This document shows positions 25,091 through 38,007 of a stretch of 64,000 nucleotides of DNA, piece after piece. The translations under genes and the position numbers were made by a program. Every line of letters begins with the position of its first letter. Position 1 is the first letter of the stretch. The notes beneath the pieces are model-generated. The model searched no databases. It was given only the letters and a program-made list of their open reading frames with translations, and was not told the DNA's origin. Origin of the DNA: Octopus bimaculoides (taxonomy: Eukaryota); NCBI RefSeq assembly GCF_001194135.2, contig NC_068984.1:70079333-70143332 (forward strand), in the 5' to 3' direction.

Positions 25091-25295
25091 CCTCTGTTGT
25101 GTTGTTTGACTGGTCAGCCTTGACAGAGTAGAAACATTATGCAAGCATTCTGTGTTTGACCTTCCAGTATTTTCTGTATCTAGTACTACATTATTCAATG
25201 TTTTCTTCTTTACACAAAAAGATAGGTTTTAATTCAAGGGAGTTTTCACTCACATTTCTAGCAGGTTGATTAACTGCTTAAATGCTTCCTCACCA

Positions 25296-25430
<135 letters not shown>

Positions 25431-26221
25431 CTAAAACATTTATATTTTATTGGAATTGATGAAAGAAATAATGGAAAGGAATATTTTTGAAATAAAAACT
25501 ATGAGACTGGAAGTGAAAGTAGCAAATAACTGACTCGGAGAAGCTGATTATACATGTATTTGTTACAAGAATGTGTCATAGTTTTGCCAATGTATTTTGC
25601 TATACAAGCTATCAAATAGAAATGTAGTTAAATCTCACTACCATATTTTAAACAGAAATGACAGTCCATCAGAATGTAAACCTTACAAACGTATATACAC
25701 ATCAAAGACAAGCTAGCTACTACTAGAGTGCAAGTTGATTGATGTTGAACGAAGTTCAACCCAGGATAAGTTGATACTGTCCAGCCAGTATCAACTTAGT
25801 ACAAGCTATGTAGTTAAGCAACTATAAGCTGTTTAAATCCAGCTATGAGCTTAAGTTATTGTTGTTGTTTAACCCCAGGACTGCCATAGTAAAGTATACT
25901 TGTGATTCGACATAGTGTATCTAGAATTACATTGTTCATTGTGTCCGCAATGCATGTACAACTAACTATCTAATCTATTTTATCATTTGTATACAAATGG
26001 TAGGATGTGCAATTTTAGAATCATTTGGCATCTGTTTCTTATTTATCAAGACATCTTGTAAAAGCTTCCTTCCGGATTCATGAATGCTTAAGTTTATCTT
26101 CTTTGTGAATCTGTACAATTGGTAGAAAAAGGGTACAAAAATACAACATAATAATAGGTGATGTGCCTCCAAAATAGAAGCTTAAAGGATATATCATTGA
26201 ATTAATTCACCAGAAATTATT

Positions 26222-26752
26222 TTCTTTCTATCTTTTTTTTTTTTTTTTGCTTATTGTGTTCAGAGGGAGGGACAGTATCCATGCACTTTGCAAGCCTTCT
26301 GAGACCAGTGAGATTGGAGCTGTTAATATTCTGTTTAAACCTTTGAAAGTTGACACCTGCAAGAAAGACAGGAGCAAGGGTGAGATCCCATAAACCTAAT
26401 GTTCTGGGAAGGAAGAAATAGATGTAGGGGTGGTGCAAGGCCTGACAGGGTTTAACACAACAAAATTGATGAGATGTGGAGGAGTGTCCAAATGGAGATT
26501 ACACAAGATCAGTTAACTCTGGAGCATAAAGGACATTATTAGTAGTGACAGAAAAGATAATGGAAGAAGACAGCATGCTTGTAGGCAAGAGGCCAGGGCA
26601 TATCTGTCAGTGATTGCGAGACAATTAATCAAGTGGTCTTTCTCTGGATGCTCTCTAGAATATTTGTGTGCATAGCAACAGCACTATCCCATATGTGAGA
26701 GCAATACTCTATTGCAGCCCTCTCTTGAGCATTATAGAGTTTTAAATAAATA
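26222..26752 (-). mobile_element. CR1-group LINE 3' fragment with poly(A) tail
   Basis: LKLYNAQERAAIEYCSHIWDSA...ILESIQRKTT*LI, then YIYFFLPRTLGLWDL...VNFQRFKQNIN. T-run at 26232-26248 is the A-tail. Confidence 0.88.
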
Positions 26753-27139
26753 TGGTTGATGAGGATGGTTCTTCAGAAACTTTCATCTTATTTTCCATGT
26801 AATTTGTCACCAAAGTAATTCAGCTTTATTCATGCTCAACTGTATTTTCTTCGCTCTGTCTCTATTTTATTACATGTAAAATGTATCGAGGCTTACAGGG
26901 TTTTACAGTCCCCAAGATTTTGTCATTCGAATAAATTTGATGCCACAACAAAAAATGAAAGCCAATGTTTCAAGAATCATGAAAACTTATACCCGCTATT
27001 TGTGTTTTTTGCATTACTCTTTGCCAATACAGGTCATTATTAATGTGTTCAGATTGTTCATTGTTGTTATTTAATACATAATGCGCTTGGTATTAGAGTT
27101 AAATGCCAAGATTTTCAGATGTTGAGGATTCAGATACTT

Positions 27140-27330
27140 TTATTTCGTTGCTCTTTTACTTTTCCAGTCATTTGACTGCAGCCATGCTGGAGCACTGCCT
27201 TGAAGGATTTTAGTTGAATAAATCAACCCCAGGACTTATTTTTTAAAGTCTAGAACGTATTTTATCAGTCTTTTTTTTGCCAAAGTATTAAGTTATGGGG
27301 ATGTAAACACACCAACACCGATTGTCAAAT
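27140..27330 (-). mobile_element. Family B SINE, 3' half
   Basis: Reverse complement: TTGACAATCGGTGTTGGTGTGTTTACATCCCC...GGCAGTGCTCCAGCATGGCTGCAGTCAAATGACTGG. Confidence 0.88.
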
Positions 27331-27974
27331 TATGGTCGTTTGTATTGTGCTTGAGACTTCTGAAAACTGCTTCGACACCTCTTTAATAAAAAGTTGAGAA
27401 GCAAACACGCTGTTAATTTCAGCAAAGCACTGTAATAGTTCACAGTAATTTCCTGCTAAGACTGTCACTTCCTTCATCATGTCCACGTAAAGACAACTCT
27501 TGTTTACACAGATATAACACTGCATTTGTTAACTGCTTTAAATATTGTCTGTTTTCTTCAGCTGCTTTGTTATGCTTTTCTTTTTCAAGTTTATCAGACA
27601 CACTAATAACTGTCATAATACTATGCAGTCTGAAAGTTTTCAAGCTTTTATAACTACTTATATGAGTCATTGATTTATTGTGATGATTACTGTCACTCGG
27701 AACGTTTTTATAATTATTACAGCCTCCATCTGTCCATGACTGATTAGCCTTTGATTGAAACAACAAACATCGTCAGCAGTAGAGTTTCCCTGTGATGCTA
27801 CTTGCACAAAGCCAACCAGTCTGTTCATACCATTTTCTCTGGAATGTTTGAGTTCCAACTTTAGTTTTCAATGAAGGAGTTGGCCTGCCTGCTCAAAGAA
27901 TTTCACATTTTCCCACAATATTTCTAGCCCTAAATGGCTTATCTTTTTATATCTAACACTATGTCTTTCTCCAT
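27325..27974 (-). pseudogene. hAT transposase N-terminus (TTF-type zinc finger plus DUF4371/ZMYM1-like region)
   Basis: GRPTPSL..FQRKWYEQTGWLCAS..KLYC*RCLLF..WTDGG..H..S..H, ENRQYLKQLTNAVLYLCKQELSLRGHDE, GNYCELLQCFAEINSVF. Confidence 0.9.
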
Positions 27975-28693
27975 TTCTAAGTTAAGGGTGAAAATAAAGC
28001 AATCCCACAACACATAACTGACGTTTACATACAGATGCACAGAATAACAGCAATTAAATAATGACAGCAGAGTGCACAACAAACATCAGTGATCTGATGG
28101 TCACCTGTACACTTAACAAGAGATGCCAGTTAGTCTTTTATGCCTATCAGGCTCATTTGTATTAGCCCAAGATGCTGGATTATCTTTTAAGAATATTGTA
28201 GAACAGAAATTTTTCTTAGACTGGAATTTAAACAATAATCTCTATAGAAACTTATTGTTTCAAGAAAAAATTGAATTCAAATTACTTTTAATTCTTATGA
28301 TTATAGATAACAACTCAGGTTGTAACTTCTGAGCCCGAGTTCGGTGCATGTGAATGATTTCAGGAGAATGTCTGTTATGAATGTTATTTTTTGACACAGA
28401 ACCTCTAAGATGACCACCAAATGCTGAACGTTTTGCAAATAACTTGCACATGCAAATGGTACCAGTCAAAACCTCCACATACCAGAAACCAGCAAGTGTA
28501 CGGTGTCATATATATAAATATACATGTAAATATATATATATAAATGAACTGTGACCAGGTTCAATAAAAGGATCCTAAGTTATTGGCTGCAATTACATAC
28601 TTGAAGTCAGTGTTGGCAGCTTGCAAATACATGTTCACTTTACTAAATTTATACTCGGGCTAAGCCCAAACAGCTTGAGTGCCAGAGTTGCCA

Positions 28694-28696
<3 letters not shown>
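27325..28696 (-). mobile_element. hAT DNA transposon, left end plus truncated transposase
   Basis: Left terminus CAGTGGCAACTCTGG...GGGCTTAGCCC begins at 28696 next to (TA)n; transposase remnant at 27974-27325. No right end found. Confidence 0.8.
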
Positions 28697-28743
<47 letters not shown>

Positions 28744-28902
28744 ATGGGCTTCTTTCAGTTTCTGTCTACCAAATCCACTCACAAGGTTTTAGTTTCTCTG
28801 AGGCTACAGTAAAAGAAACTTGCCCAAGGTATAATGCAGTGGAACTGAACCAAAAACCATGTGGTTTTAAGCAAGCTTCTTCCTATACAGCCATGTCTGC
28901 AC
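28697..28902 (-). mobile_element. Family B SINE, 5' half up to its internal microsatellite
   Basis: GGGCTTCTTTCAGTTTCTGTCTACCAAATCCACTCACAAGG...ACTTGCCCAAGG...AACCATGTGGTT, as in other B copies. Confidence 0.9.
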
Positions 28903-30084
28903 TTATATAAATCAATTTGATAAATTTATTTGATAAAGATGTAAATTCATTTCATCTTGTAGCATATTTTGTGCAGAGATAGATATATTGTTTCCCCAAA
29001 CTTTATAGAAATGCATGAAACAAGAGCCAGAGGCAAAAAGATATGTAAGACATTAAGAGATACTTTTCAGACTCAATCTTTTCTACGCCACCATACAAAC
29101 GTGAATTTCTTTGAATTTCAGTGTTATTTCACTTACATTTGATAAGAAGCACCAATAATGTTTTTCTTTGCCTTGTAAGTTTATTTTAATTGATTAAAAT
29201 TTTGGCATAATTCACTACATTAACTATGTTAGCATCCATAAGCTCTTGATATAGATGAAAACTCTGTGAAATTTTCCCATGTCCTCAAGTAAAATTTTAT
29301 AATCAATAAAACTATTTTTGTTTCTTTTAAAACTTAACATAAACGTGCAATTCATTTAAGATTCAGTTGTAAGGGTAAGGCTGTAAGTCCCTGAGGAGGT
29401 CTAATAAGAGGGAAAACTATCTAGAGTTGTGAAAATACTTAGTATAAATCAAATTCATACCTTGCTGCATGTTACCATTCAATTTTCTACAATTTAACTT
29501 CTGGAATTGCTTCCCTAGTCGTTCTTGATAAAAATTACCATTAATATTAATGAGTTTTCACTTCATTATGAGTGTAATTTTAATTGAATAAAGACTTTTA
29601 GAAGATCTCTACAAAATGTTTTTAGCCTCTGCTTAAGTGTGAGTTTACATTGTAATGCTAGGCAACAGTTTCATAGTATCATTGGTTATGTTTTGCTTTT
29701 ACTATTGTTCATGTTATTTGCAGTGTTTTTAAAGGTATTAATTTTGTCTTTGAAAAAAACTAAACATCCTAGGAGCAATCTGAAAGAATTAATGTGGGGG
29801 TCAATGATCTGTAGAGTTTGGATATGAAGAAGAGAAAGTCTTATCCAGAAAAATGATGCATCCAATCGTATGAATTTGCTGTTTGTGTCAGATTGGTTAG
29901 AAAGACAAAGATGCCTAGAATTAGTAAATATTTAATAATTTATCTGGTTTGATAATCAAAAGTGTGCAAAAGACAGCTTGTGATTTAGGAAAATTAATTA
30001 TAATACATGATTCATAATAACTTGTGAAATGGAACTGATACAGAAACATTCAAATAGTATTAGCACTTTTGAATGACTGAAGTA

Positions 30085-30265
30085 CAGTGGACTGAGTTCA
30101 AATCCTGTTGAAGTTGACTTTGCCTTTCAGCCTGTTGAAGTTGACTTTGCCTTTCAGCCTTTCAAGGTTGATAAAATAAGCACCAGTTGAGCACTGGGGT
30201 TTATTTAATTGACTTGACCTCCTCCCCCAAAACTGCCGGCTTTGTGCCAAAATTTGGAACCAATA
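30085..30265 (+). mobile_element. Family A SINE with an internal perfect 27-bp tandem duplication (30104-30157)
   Basis: CCTGTTGAAGTTGACTTTGCCTTTCAG occurs twice in tandem; standard A tail follows. Confidence 0.85.
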
Positions 30266-30464
30266 TTTGTTTTAGCTCTTTACAATCTGAGGTGAATTCC
30301 CACTAACTGCTTTGCTTTCTCTCCTTTTCGGGTTGATAAAATAAGGTACCAGACTAGCGTTTTGGGATGGGTTTATTGACTATATATCCCTACTTGTTTT
30401 ATAGCTAAATTGCATTTAGCTATTTGGATGGTTCAGGAAGTAGAGTATCAGAAAAATATCTTGA

Positions 30465-31100
30465 CCAACCACATGGCTCCGGGTTCAGTCCCACTGTGTG
30501 GCACTTTGGGCAAGTGTCTTCTACNNNNNNNNNNNNNNNNNNNNNNNNNNNNNNNNNNNNNNNNNNNNNNNNNNNNNNNNNNNNNNNNNNNNNNNNNNNN
30601 NNNNNNNNNNNNNNNNNNNNNNNNNNNNNNNNNNNNNNNNNNNNNNNNNNNNNNNNNNNNNNNNNNNNNNNNNNNNNNNNNNNNNNNNNNNNNNNNNNNN
30701 NNNNNNNNNNNNNNNNNNNNNNNNNNNNNNNNNNNNNNNNNNNNNNNNNNNNNNNNNNNNNNNNNNNNNNNNNNNNNNNNNNNNNNNNNNNNNNNNNNNN
30801 NNNNNNNNNNNNNNNNNNNNNNNNNNNNNNNNNNNNNNNNNNNNNNNNNNNNNNNNNNNNTGTGTGTGTGTGTGTGTGTGTGTTTGTTTGTGTGCCTGTG
30901 TTTGTCCCCCCAACATCGCTTGATAACTGATGCTGGTGTGTTTACGTCCCCAAAACTCAGCGGATCGGCAAAAGAGACCGATAGAATAAGTACTAGGCTT
31001 ACAAAGAATAAGTCCTGGGGTCGATTTGCTTGACTGAAGGCAGTGCTCCAGCATGATCGCAGTCAAATGACAGAAACAAGTAAAAGAGTAAAAGAGTAAA
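30465..31100 (+). mobile_element. Family B SINE spanning an assembly gap
   Basis: Head CCAACCACATGGCTCCGGGTTCAGTCCCACTG..TTGGGCAAGTGTCTT before the gap; 3' half and CCAGCATGATCGCAGTCAAATGAC tail after it. Confidence 0.9.
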
Positions 31101-31359
31101 GATAGGTTTTGATCACTTTCATTTACAATCTGAGCTCAAATTACACCAAAGTCAACTCTGAATTTTTCTTTATGATGGCTTATAAAATGAAAACTAATTT
31201 ATTTTCTGGGTCAGGAAAATTGACAATAATCTCAGCTACCCCATCAATGTATGTGGACAAATATGTCACTTTCACTGTTACCAAGTGTCCATGGTCCAGC
31301 AAATTTTAGACTCTATTGTACTATACCAGCCCATTAATATTGATATAGTTCAACAGTCA

Positions 31360-31505
31360 GTTAAATCTATCCCAGTACTGAATTGATCTCAGAGGAATGA
31401 AACATCAGCTTGAGCTCAGAAGGGTTTGAACTCATAATGTAAAGAGCTAGAATAAATCCTGCAAGGCATTTCCCCCAGCACAAATGGCTATGTCAATCTG
31501 CTGTC
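31360..31505 (-). mobile_element. Decayed family A SINE
   Basis: CCCAGTACTG..AGGAATGAAA..GGGTTTGAACTCATAATGTAAAGA in reverse orientation. Confidence 0.65.
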
Positions 31506-31585
31506 CTTATATCTTTACACATCATTGAAAATTAGGAAATTTGGTTCTTTTTAAGAAAGAAGAGAACAATTTTTTAAAAATATTT

Positions 31586-31748
31586 AGTGGAATTAAAAAG
31601 GACATCCAGCCGTAAAAGCCATGCTAAATCAGACTGGAACATGGTGCAGCTTTCTGGCTTTCAAGTTCCAGTCAAACCATATAACCTATGCTGGCATGGA
31701 AAGCAGAGGTTAAATGATGATGATGATGACAACGACAACGACAACGAC
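31586..31748 (+). mobile_element. Family C RTE-tail element
   Basis: GGACATCCAGCCGTAAAAGCCATGC..GGCATGGAAAGCAGAGGTTAAATGATGATG. Confidence 0.85.
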
Positions 31749-33149
31749 ATTCCATATTTTTTGGCACACAAATTATATTTTTCAGGCTCAAATTTTCAAT
31801 GACTTTGGGGGACCTAAATCCATGTGAAATGCAGCAGGATTCAGAAAGATAGTGATAGCATTTGAATATTTACACTACATGCTTACACTATATACTATAT
31901 CACCTTGTATACCATGCCAGAAAAATGGTTATGCATGAGCATCATGCATGTAATATATTTATAAAGTTATATTAAAGCAGTTAATATGTAGAATTATTTG
32001 CGCGTTGGCAACAATCTCCTGTGATATTTCTTCTCTTTCCACTGTAGTCTGAGCTCAAATGCTACCAAAATCAACTTTGCTTTTCATTTAATGGGTGTTG
32101 GGTTAATAGAAAAATTATTGAACCAGGTTGGTGAATTGATGGAACTCTTAGAGTATCAAGCAGAATGTCTTGTAGTATCTCATCTTGTTCTTTGCATTCT
32201 GAAAATGATAATTGCCACAACACCAGTACCAAGCTATATTTATCGACCTCCTCAAGTAGCAACCTTTCTTCTGGACAATATTGGTCGCCTAGAGAAGGAA
32301 AACTTGTATGTATGGGTAGCAATTGCCCATCTTTCTCAAAATCCTTTCCACAGCTTGTGCATATACATGCAGATATATGATCAACCCTGAACAATAGTGG
32401 TTCTAGAATATAATTAGCACTACCACATATCTAAACAGTGCAAGTAATATCATCTGTCCCTTTAGGACATTCTTTAATTTGAGTTAGGCCTCATAGAGTG
32501 ATAAAATCAAATTTCTATGGAGTCATTTATATCCATAGCACTGTGTGAAAGAAGGCTATGTAATAATACAAGATGGTTCTAAGAGAGTTTTATAAGTTTT
32601 GTTGCCACAAGGACTGAAGGATCTCATGTCAGTTGAACTTAACAAATTGTTCTGGAATTTTCCTAGTCTTGTAGGCGAATCGGTGTTGTTACAGCATTGA
32701 ATAAAAGGCTCTGTGGTATTCTTTATGCCACACTGTACACTGAGTTCAAATCCTACTGAAGTTTACTTTTCCTTTCATCTCTCTCTCTCTCTCTTTCTTA
32801 ATTTCACTTTTATTTTGGGGGAAATTGGTTGCATAAACCAGAAGGAATGGCTCCATTAGATTTAAATACCCAGACATACTATATGTCATAACAGCAAATT
32901 TATGATTCTATCAGGAGATGAGAAATCAAGAGAAGAAGAATCTCCCACTGATTTTTTTGTTGCTAGCAAGCTATCATTTATTCCCTCAAATTTTGAATTT
33001 TTTCTTATCTAGTAATATCAAATGCTAGGACTTTTGGTGACCCCACAATATTACAGAAACAACTTCTCAAAATTTACTACTGAGACAAGGAAACAATGAA
33101 GATCTGAAAAACATTTAAACAGTTCATAATAAAAACAAATTGACAATAC

Positions 33150-33173
33150 GCACACACACATACACACACAAAA

Positions 33174-33229
<56 letters not shown>

Positions 33230-33230
33230 A
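33150..33230. repeat. (CA)n microsatellite
   Basis: Direct run. Confidence 0.95.
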
Positions 33231-34759
33231 TTTACAACTTACACATACTTTGTCTCTTTCTCATTAATACATGTGTATAAATAAATATTAAATGGATGTA
33301 CAATGTTTCCATGAGTATTCAATTGTTCATGTAAATGGCCAAGAATTCTGCAGGTGCATATGCCCTTAATGATACTCTGAACAAATCACCATGACACTGA
33401 GTGACAGTAGCAGGCTCTTGAATTCCATATGCAACTTATCTGATGAGAGTTCTGAAAAACTTTCATCACCCCAATTTTACTCTCAAGGCTGGGATCAACC
33501 CAATGCTATAGTAAAGAACACTTGCTTGTGGAATCTGAAGAGCATGAGATGTAATCCTAGATAAATGGTCTGGAAAGGAAGGCTGGTCATGGCAAGAATG
33601 TCTTTGATCATAAGTATATTTTGGCAAGGCCAGCAAAGTAGGATCAAAGTTATTCTAACCCCCTGTGGTCAGTTTCAAAGAAATAGGTAAAAAAAGACCA
33701 TCATTTGACTCCCATAGGAAATAAAGAGACATCTAATGTTATGACCAGCTTCTTTAACTTTGTTGTTATTTAACCCCAGATCAGCTTTGGTAGAGTATAC
33801 CAATGATCAGAGATAATCTACCCATTACCATTCAGTCTTTCCTAACAAATTATCTCAGACAATATTTTTCCAATCTATCCTTCCTTCTTTTAACAGATTG
33901 TATCCACATTTCATTTCTTACAACTGTCCTTTCTACTAATTTGTCACTCCTCCCACTCTTGCAACCTACCCAACAACACATTAGCTCTTTCCCTCTCTTT
34001 TTCTCATTCTCTCTCATCCTTCTCTTGTTTTACTGCATCATTATTATGATTCTGTCGTTCTTCAGGCTACACATTTTTCTGTACTATAAGTCATGTCCTA
34101 CTCTCCACTATCTTTTATGTATCATTGGTCACCTTCTGCCCTCCGTTCACAACATCCCCACTTTAAACTTAACCAATTTCTACAGTTGTCACCTACTCTT
34201 CCCTACCTTCCTTTTTATACTGTAACAACACTTGTTCTTCCTTATATTCATCCCACACCCATTTCTCATCTTTAACCACCCCTCACATCGCATTTCCTTA
34301 CACTCTCTTTCCACCCACACACCCTATTCTTCTGTTACCACTCACTTATACTCATTTCATAGTTTGAGTATCCATATTGACATCTGACCACCACTATTTT
34401 TATCTATTTTCAGCTCCACCCCAACCACTCCAAACCTTGCTTCTGTAATGTGTGTAGCCATGTAGCTCCAGCACAGCATGAAACCTGTTCTGTTCTACCT
34501 TGTTCTCTCAGATTTAACCCCTCATCTCCTAACATGAAGATGCTTCTCTCTTTACAGTAGTTCCACTCAGTCTTGCAAGCAGCGTGGTGACTTGACTAGG
34601 GCAGGTGTTACACACACACACACACTCACACAAAAAGCACTCAATACCCATAGGAACCAAAGCAATCATGAGTACACCATACAGACCTTGTATCTGTTAG
34701 ATTTGGTAAAACAAGCCAAGACATAATAGCATGAGATATGGACATTAAATGATTATGAT

Positions 34760-34912
34760 AAGGTGAAAATGATGAAAATGATGATGATGATGACGATGAC
34801 GATGATGATGATGATGATGATGATGGTAGTGGAGTTGGTGGTGGTGGCAGCATTGGCAGTAATGGTGGTGGTGTGATGATGATGATAATGATGATGATGA
34901 TGATATGGAGTG
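34760..34912. repeat. (GAT)n/(GGT)n compound microsatellite, probably the expanded tail of a decayed family C copy
   Basis: Direct run preceded by GGACATTAAATGAT. Confidence 0.85.
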
Positions 34913-35329
34913 TGATTGAATGAAATTTGGCCACTGTTTTGTGTAGGTTAAGTGACAATGTAGAATCTCTGTAGCTTGTTTAATTTAGTTCTCTGTATCT
35001 GAAAGATAATGAGATATCATATCATCAATAATTGTGAGTAAAAAAATATAAGAAAAATGAAATAAAATATTCAATTCATAAAATACGAACAGTGTCAGAA
35101 ATATTTATTTATCTATTGAAAGAAAGAAATAAGACAAAAAATAATAATAACAATATGCTTAAGAGAAAAACATGAGTTTTCTATGTAATTTTTTCATACT
35201 TTATTGCTTGCTTAACTTGAGATAGGTATATCAAGATTCAATGAATGTCATTCTATTTATGAGCCTTCATATATTTGTCTCTCTTAGAGTGGTATAAATG
35301 ATTTCTTTAAAATAACTGGTTATAGTACA

Positions 35330-35725
35330 GACATTACAGTGTGGTAAGCAGCTTGCTTCCTAACTGCATGGTTTCAGGTGGTTCAGACCCACTGTGTGGC
35401 ACCTTGGACAAGTGTCTTCTACTAGAGCCTCAGGCCAACCAAAACCTTGTGAGTGGATTTGGTTGATGAAAACTGAAAAAAAAACCTGTCATATATGTGT
35501 GTGTGTATATATTTATGCATGTGTGTGTCTTTATGTCTATGTTTGTCCCTGCACTACTGCTTGATAATTGGTGTTGGTGTGTTTTTGTCCCTGTAACCTA
35601 GAATAAGTATTAGGCTTTAAAAAAAAATAAGTAGTGGGGTCAATTTGTTTGACTGAAACCGCTCATGGTGTTGCCCCAGCATGGCCTCAGTCAAATGACT
35701 GAAACAAGTAAAAGAATAAAAGAAT
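35330..35725 (+). mobile_element. Full-length family B SINE
   Basis: Head, GGCACCTTGGACAAGTGTCTT CORE-like motif, internal (TG/TA)n, tail GCCCCAGCATGGCCTCAGTCAAATGACTGAAACAAGTAAAAGA. Confidence 0.92.
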
Positions 35726-36320
35726 ATATATTTTTAAAAAATAATAATGTAATTTGAAATAAGTTTATTTTCATTTCCCTCATTTTTTTTTTAAGGATAA
35801 TGATTGCTTACATTTTGGTACAATATTAATATTTATTGGAGACATAAATTCCTTTAATGTAGCTTCACTTTAATTATTACATACAACTGTAATTACTTAT
35901 AAATATTGAATCTGAAAAGTAAATTTGTTTTTAAAAAATAATTGCTATGGTAATATTTCATTGCTTAACATTTGGAGAGCATTTGGATAAAGGAAAACAT
36001 TTATTTATTTATATATTCCATGATGGTATATTAAAACAGTGGACAACATGTAGTTACAATGTCTGCTAATCCTTTCACTCTCTTCATGAGCTTCTGGATA
36101 ATTGTAAAGTGTATGTAATTAATTCTTATTTCAAGAGGATCCATTAAAGGATTGTGACTCAGCATTGGTCGTTGTGGTGTCCAGCAAATATGATATAAAT
36201 TTCCCCTCAATTATAATGACAATTTATCACATGTAAGATGGGTATGTTGATGTAATCTGTCAGCACACTTATCGTGGAAATAAGCTGTGTGAGTTCAATT
36301 CCCATGCATACTATTTCACT

Positions 36321-36538
36321 TAAGGAGGTGAACTACCAGAATCATTAACATGCCAGGCAGAATGCGTAGTGGCGTTTTGTCTGTCTTTACATTTTGAGTT
36401 CAAATTTCACTAAGGTTGACTTTGCCTTTTATCTTTTCGGAGTCGATAAAATAAGTACCAATTGAGTATTGGATCGATGTAATTGATTTAATCTTTGCCC
36501 CAAAATTACTGGTCTTGTTCTAAAATTTGAAACCAATT
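36321..36538 (+). mobile_element. Family A SINE
   Basis: TAAGGAGGTGAACTACCAGAATCATTAAC head, GAGTTCAAATTTC, AAATTTGAAACCAAT tail. Confidence 0.87.
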
Positions 36539-36899
36539 TATAACATGTAATATTGTCTTATGAAAAAGTGATTGATGTTCCCTGTAGTGTTGACTTGTCG
36601 CACTAAACATGTGAAAAGGAATTTTTTTCTGATGGAAATCTTTAAAAAAAATGAAAGCAGTTGAGTTTTATTTATTACTACCATAACTACTTCTAAATAA
36701 CAATAAAACTTTAAAAATTCTGCAGAATGCTTCAGCTACCAACATGTCTTTCATGTTTTCTCCTGATCGTCCATAATAATCTCACAATTATGTTTAACTG
36801 CATGAAATGTTTAGTCCCCTCTCACCCCACCATGCTACAAAAATCTCCTCTCTCACATAATATCATGTTAAACAAGAAGATGAATTTTCTTTTCTACTC

Positions 36900-37103
36900 C
36901 AGGCACAAGGCCAAAACTTTTGGGTGAGGGCAGGGCCAGTCGATAAGATGGACCCTGGTATGCCACAGATACTTAATTTATGAACCCCAAAAGGATGAAA
37001 GGCAAAGTCGGCCTCAGTGGAATTTGAGCTCAGAATGTAAAGACAGACGAAATACCACTAAGCATTTTTGGCCAATGTGCTAATGTTTCTGCCAGGTCAC
37101 TGC
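36900..37103 (-). mobile_element. Family A SINE, convergent with the 36321 copy
   Basis: GGATGAAAGGCAAAGTCGGCCTCAGTGGAATTTGAGCTCAGAATGTAAAGACAGACGAAATACCACTAAGCATTT. Confidence 0.9.
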
Positions 37104-37957
37104 TTTTCAAGAAGGTGAATATTAGGAGATAAATGTTGTCTGAGTTAGACAGTTCCTGAATGTCTTTGACCATAGTTCTGTTTGATCAAGACTGATCTGG
37201 AACTTGACAATAACAGGTATTGAAAGAGTAAGGGAAAACTCATTCCTATTAGTGACTACTGAAAATCAGATAAGTAGTTCAGTTCATTGAATTCAATTTC
37301 TTCTCTAGGACTGGAAAAAAAAATAAGATGGCAAAAACTATCTTCTTGGGTGCTTGGTTTTATTACATGCCTTACAAGTTGTTTTGGAGTGGATATAAAT
37401 TGTTATTTGTTTTATACAAGTCAGACCTGATGAAATAAACCATGAATCAAGGAATTTCATGCATTCTTGTATTTTCTATATTAGAGAATATATGTTCACA
37501 CTGTTCTTCCTCCTTAATTTTAAAACAATATGGTGTGATTTGAAACAAATTAGGCTGTTATTCCTAGCAGACTAGCAACCATGTTACTGGTTCAGAAATC
37601 TGTATTGTACCAGCTCAGTTAATCCTTGAAGGAGGTTTTAGAAAATAAAAGCAGTTGTGTATAAATACTTATTTAAAATGTGGAATAAAAAAATTACATA
37701 GAATTATATTTATATTTTACATTTCTAGTACAATATTCAGACCTACTCAATCTTTTGGTGGGATAATGATTATGAAAATAATATAGTGAGTGACTTAAGC
37801 ATCATGACAATATAATTCAAAGGTAATATAATAATAATTCATATGTTATTGGAAAACTGACACTTGAAGTCAAATAAAACAGTTAATATTATTCCATGCA
37901 AAATATAATCATTGCAAATTTAAATTAGTCAGCAATGCATAAGTTTTTAAAATGACA

Positions 37958-38007
<50 letters not shown>

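Noticed and set aside
32071-32394. Overlapping ORFs of about 100 aa on both strands; one minus frame has RILRKMG..PY, faintly like DD37D/Tc1 transposases
   Set aside because: No catalytic motif could be aligned convincingly; needs a translated search.
33803-34420. 140-aa ORF in a pyrimidine-rich stretch
   Set aside because: Low-complexity composition (L, F, S, I); probably an unrecognisably old retroelement, with no motif support.
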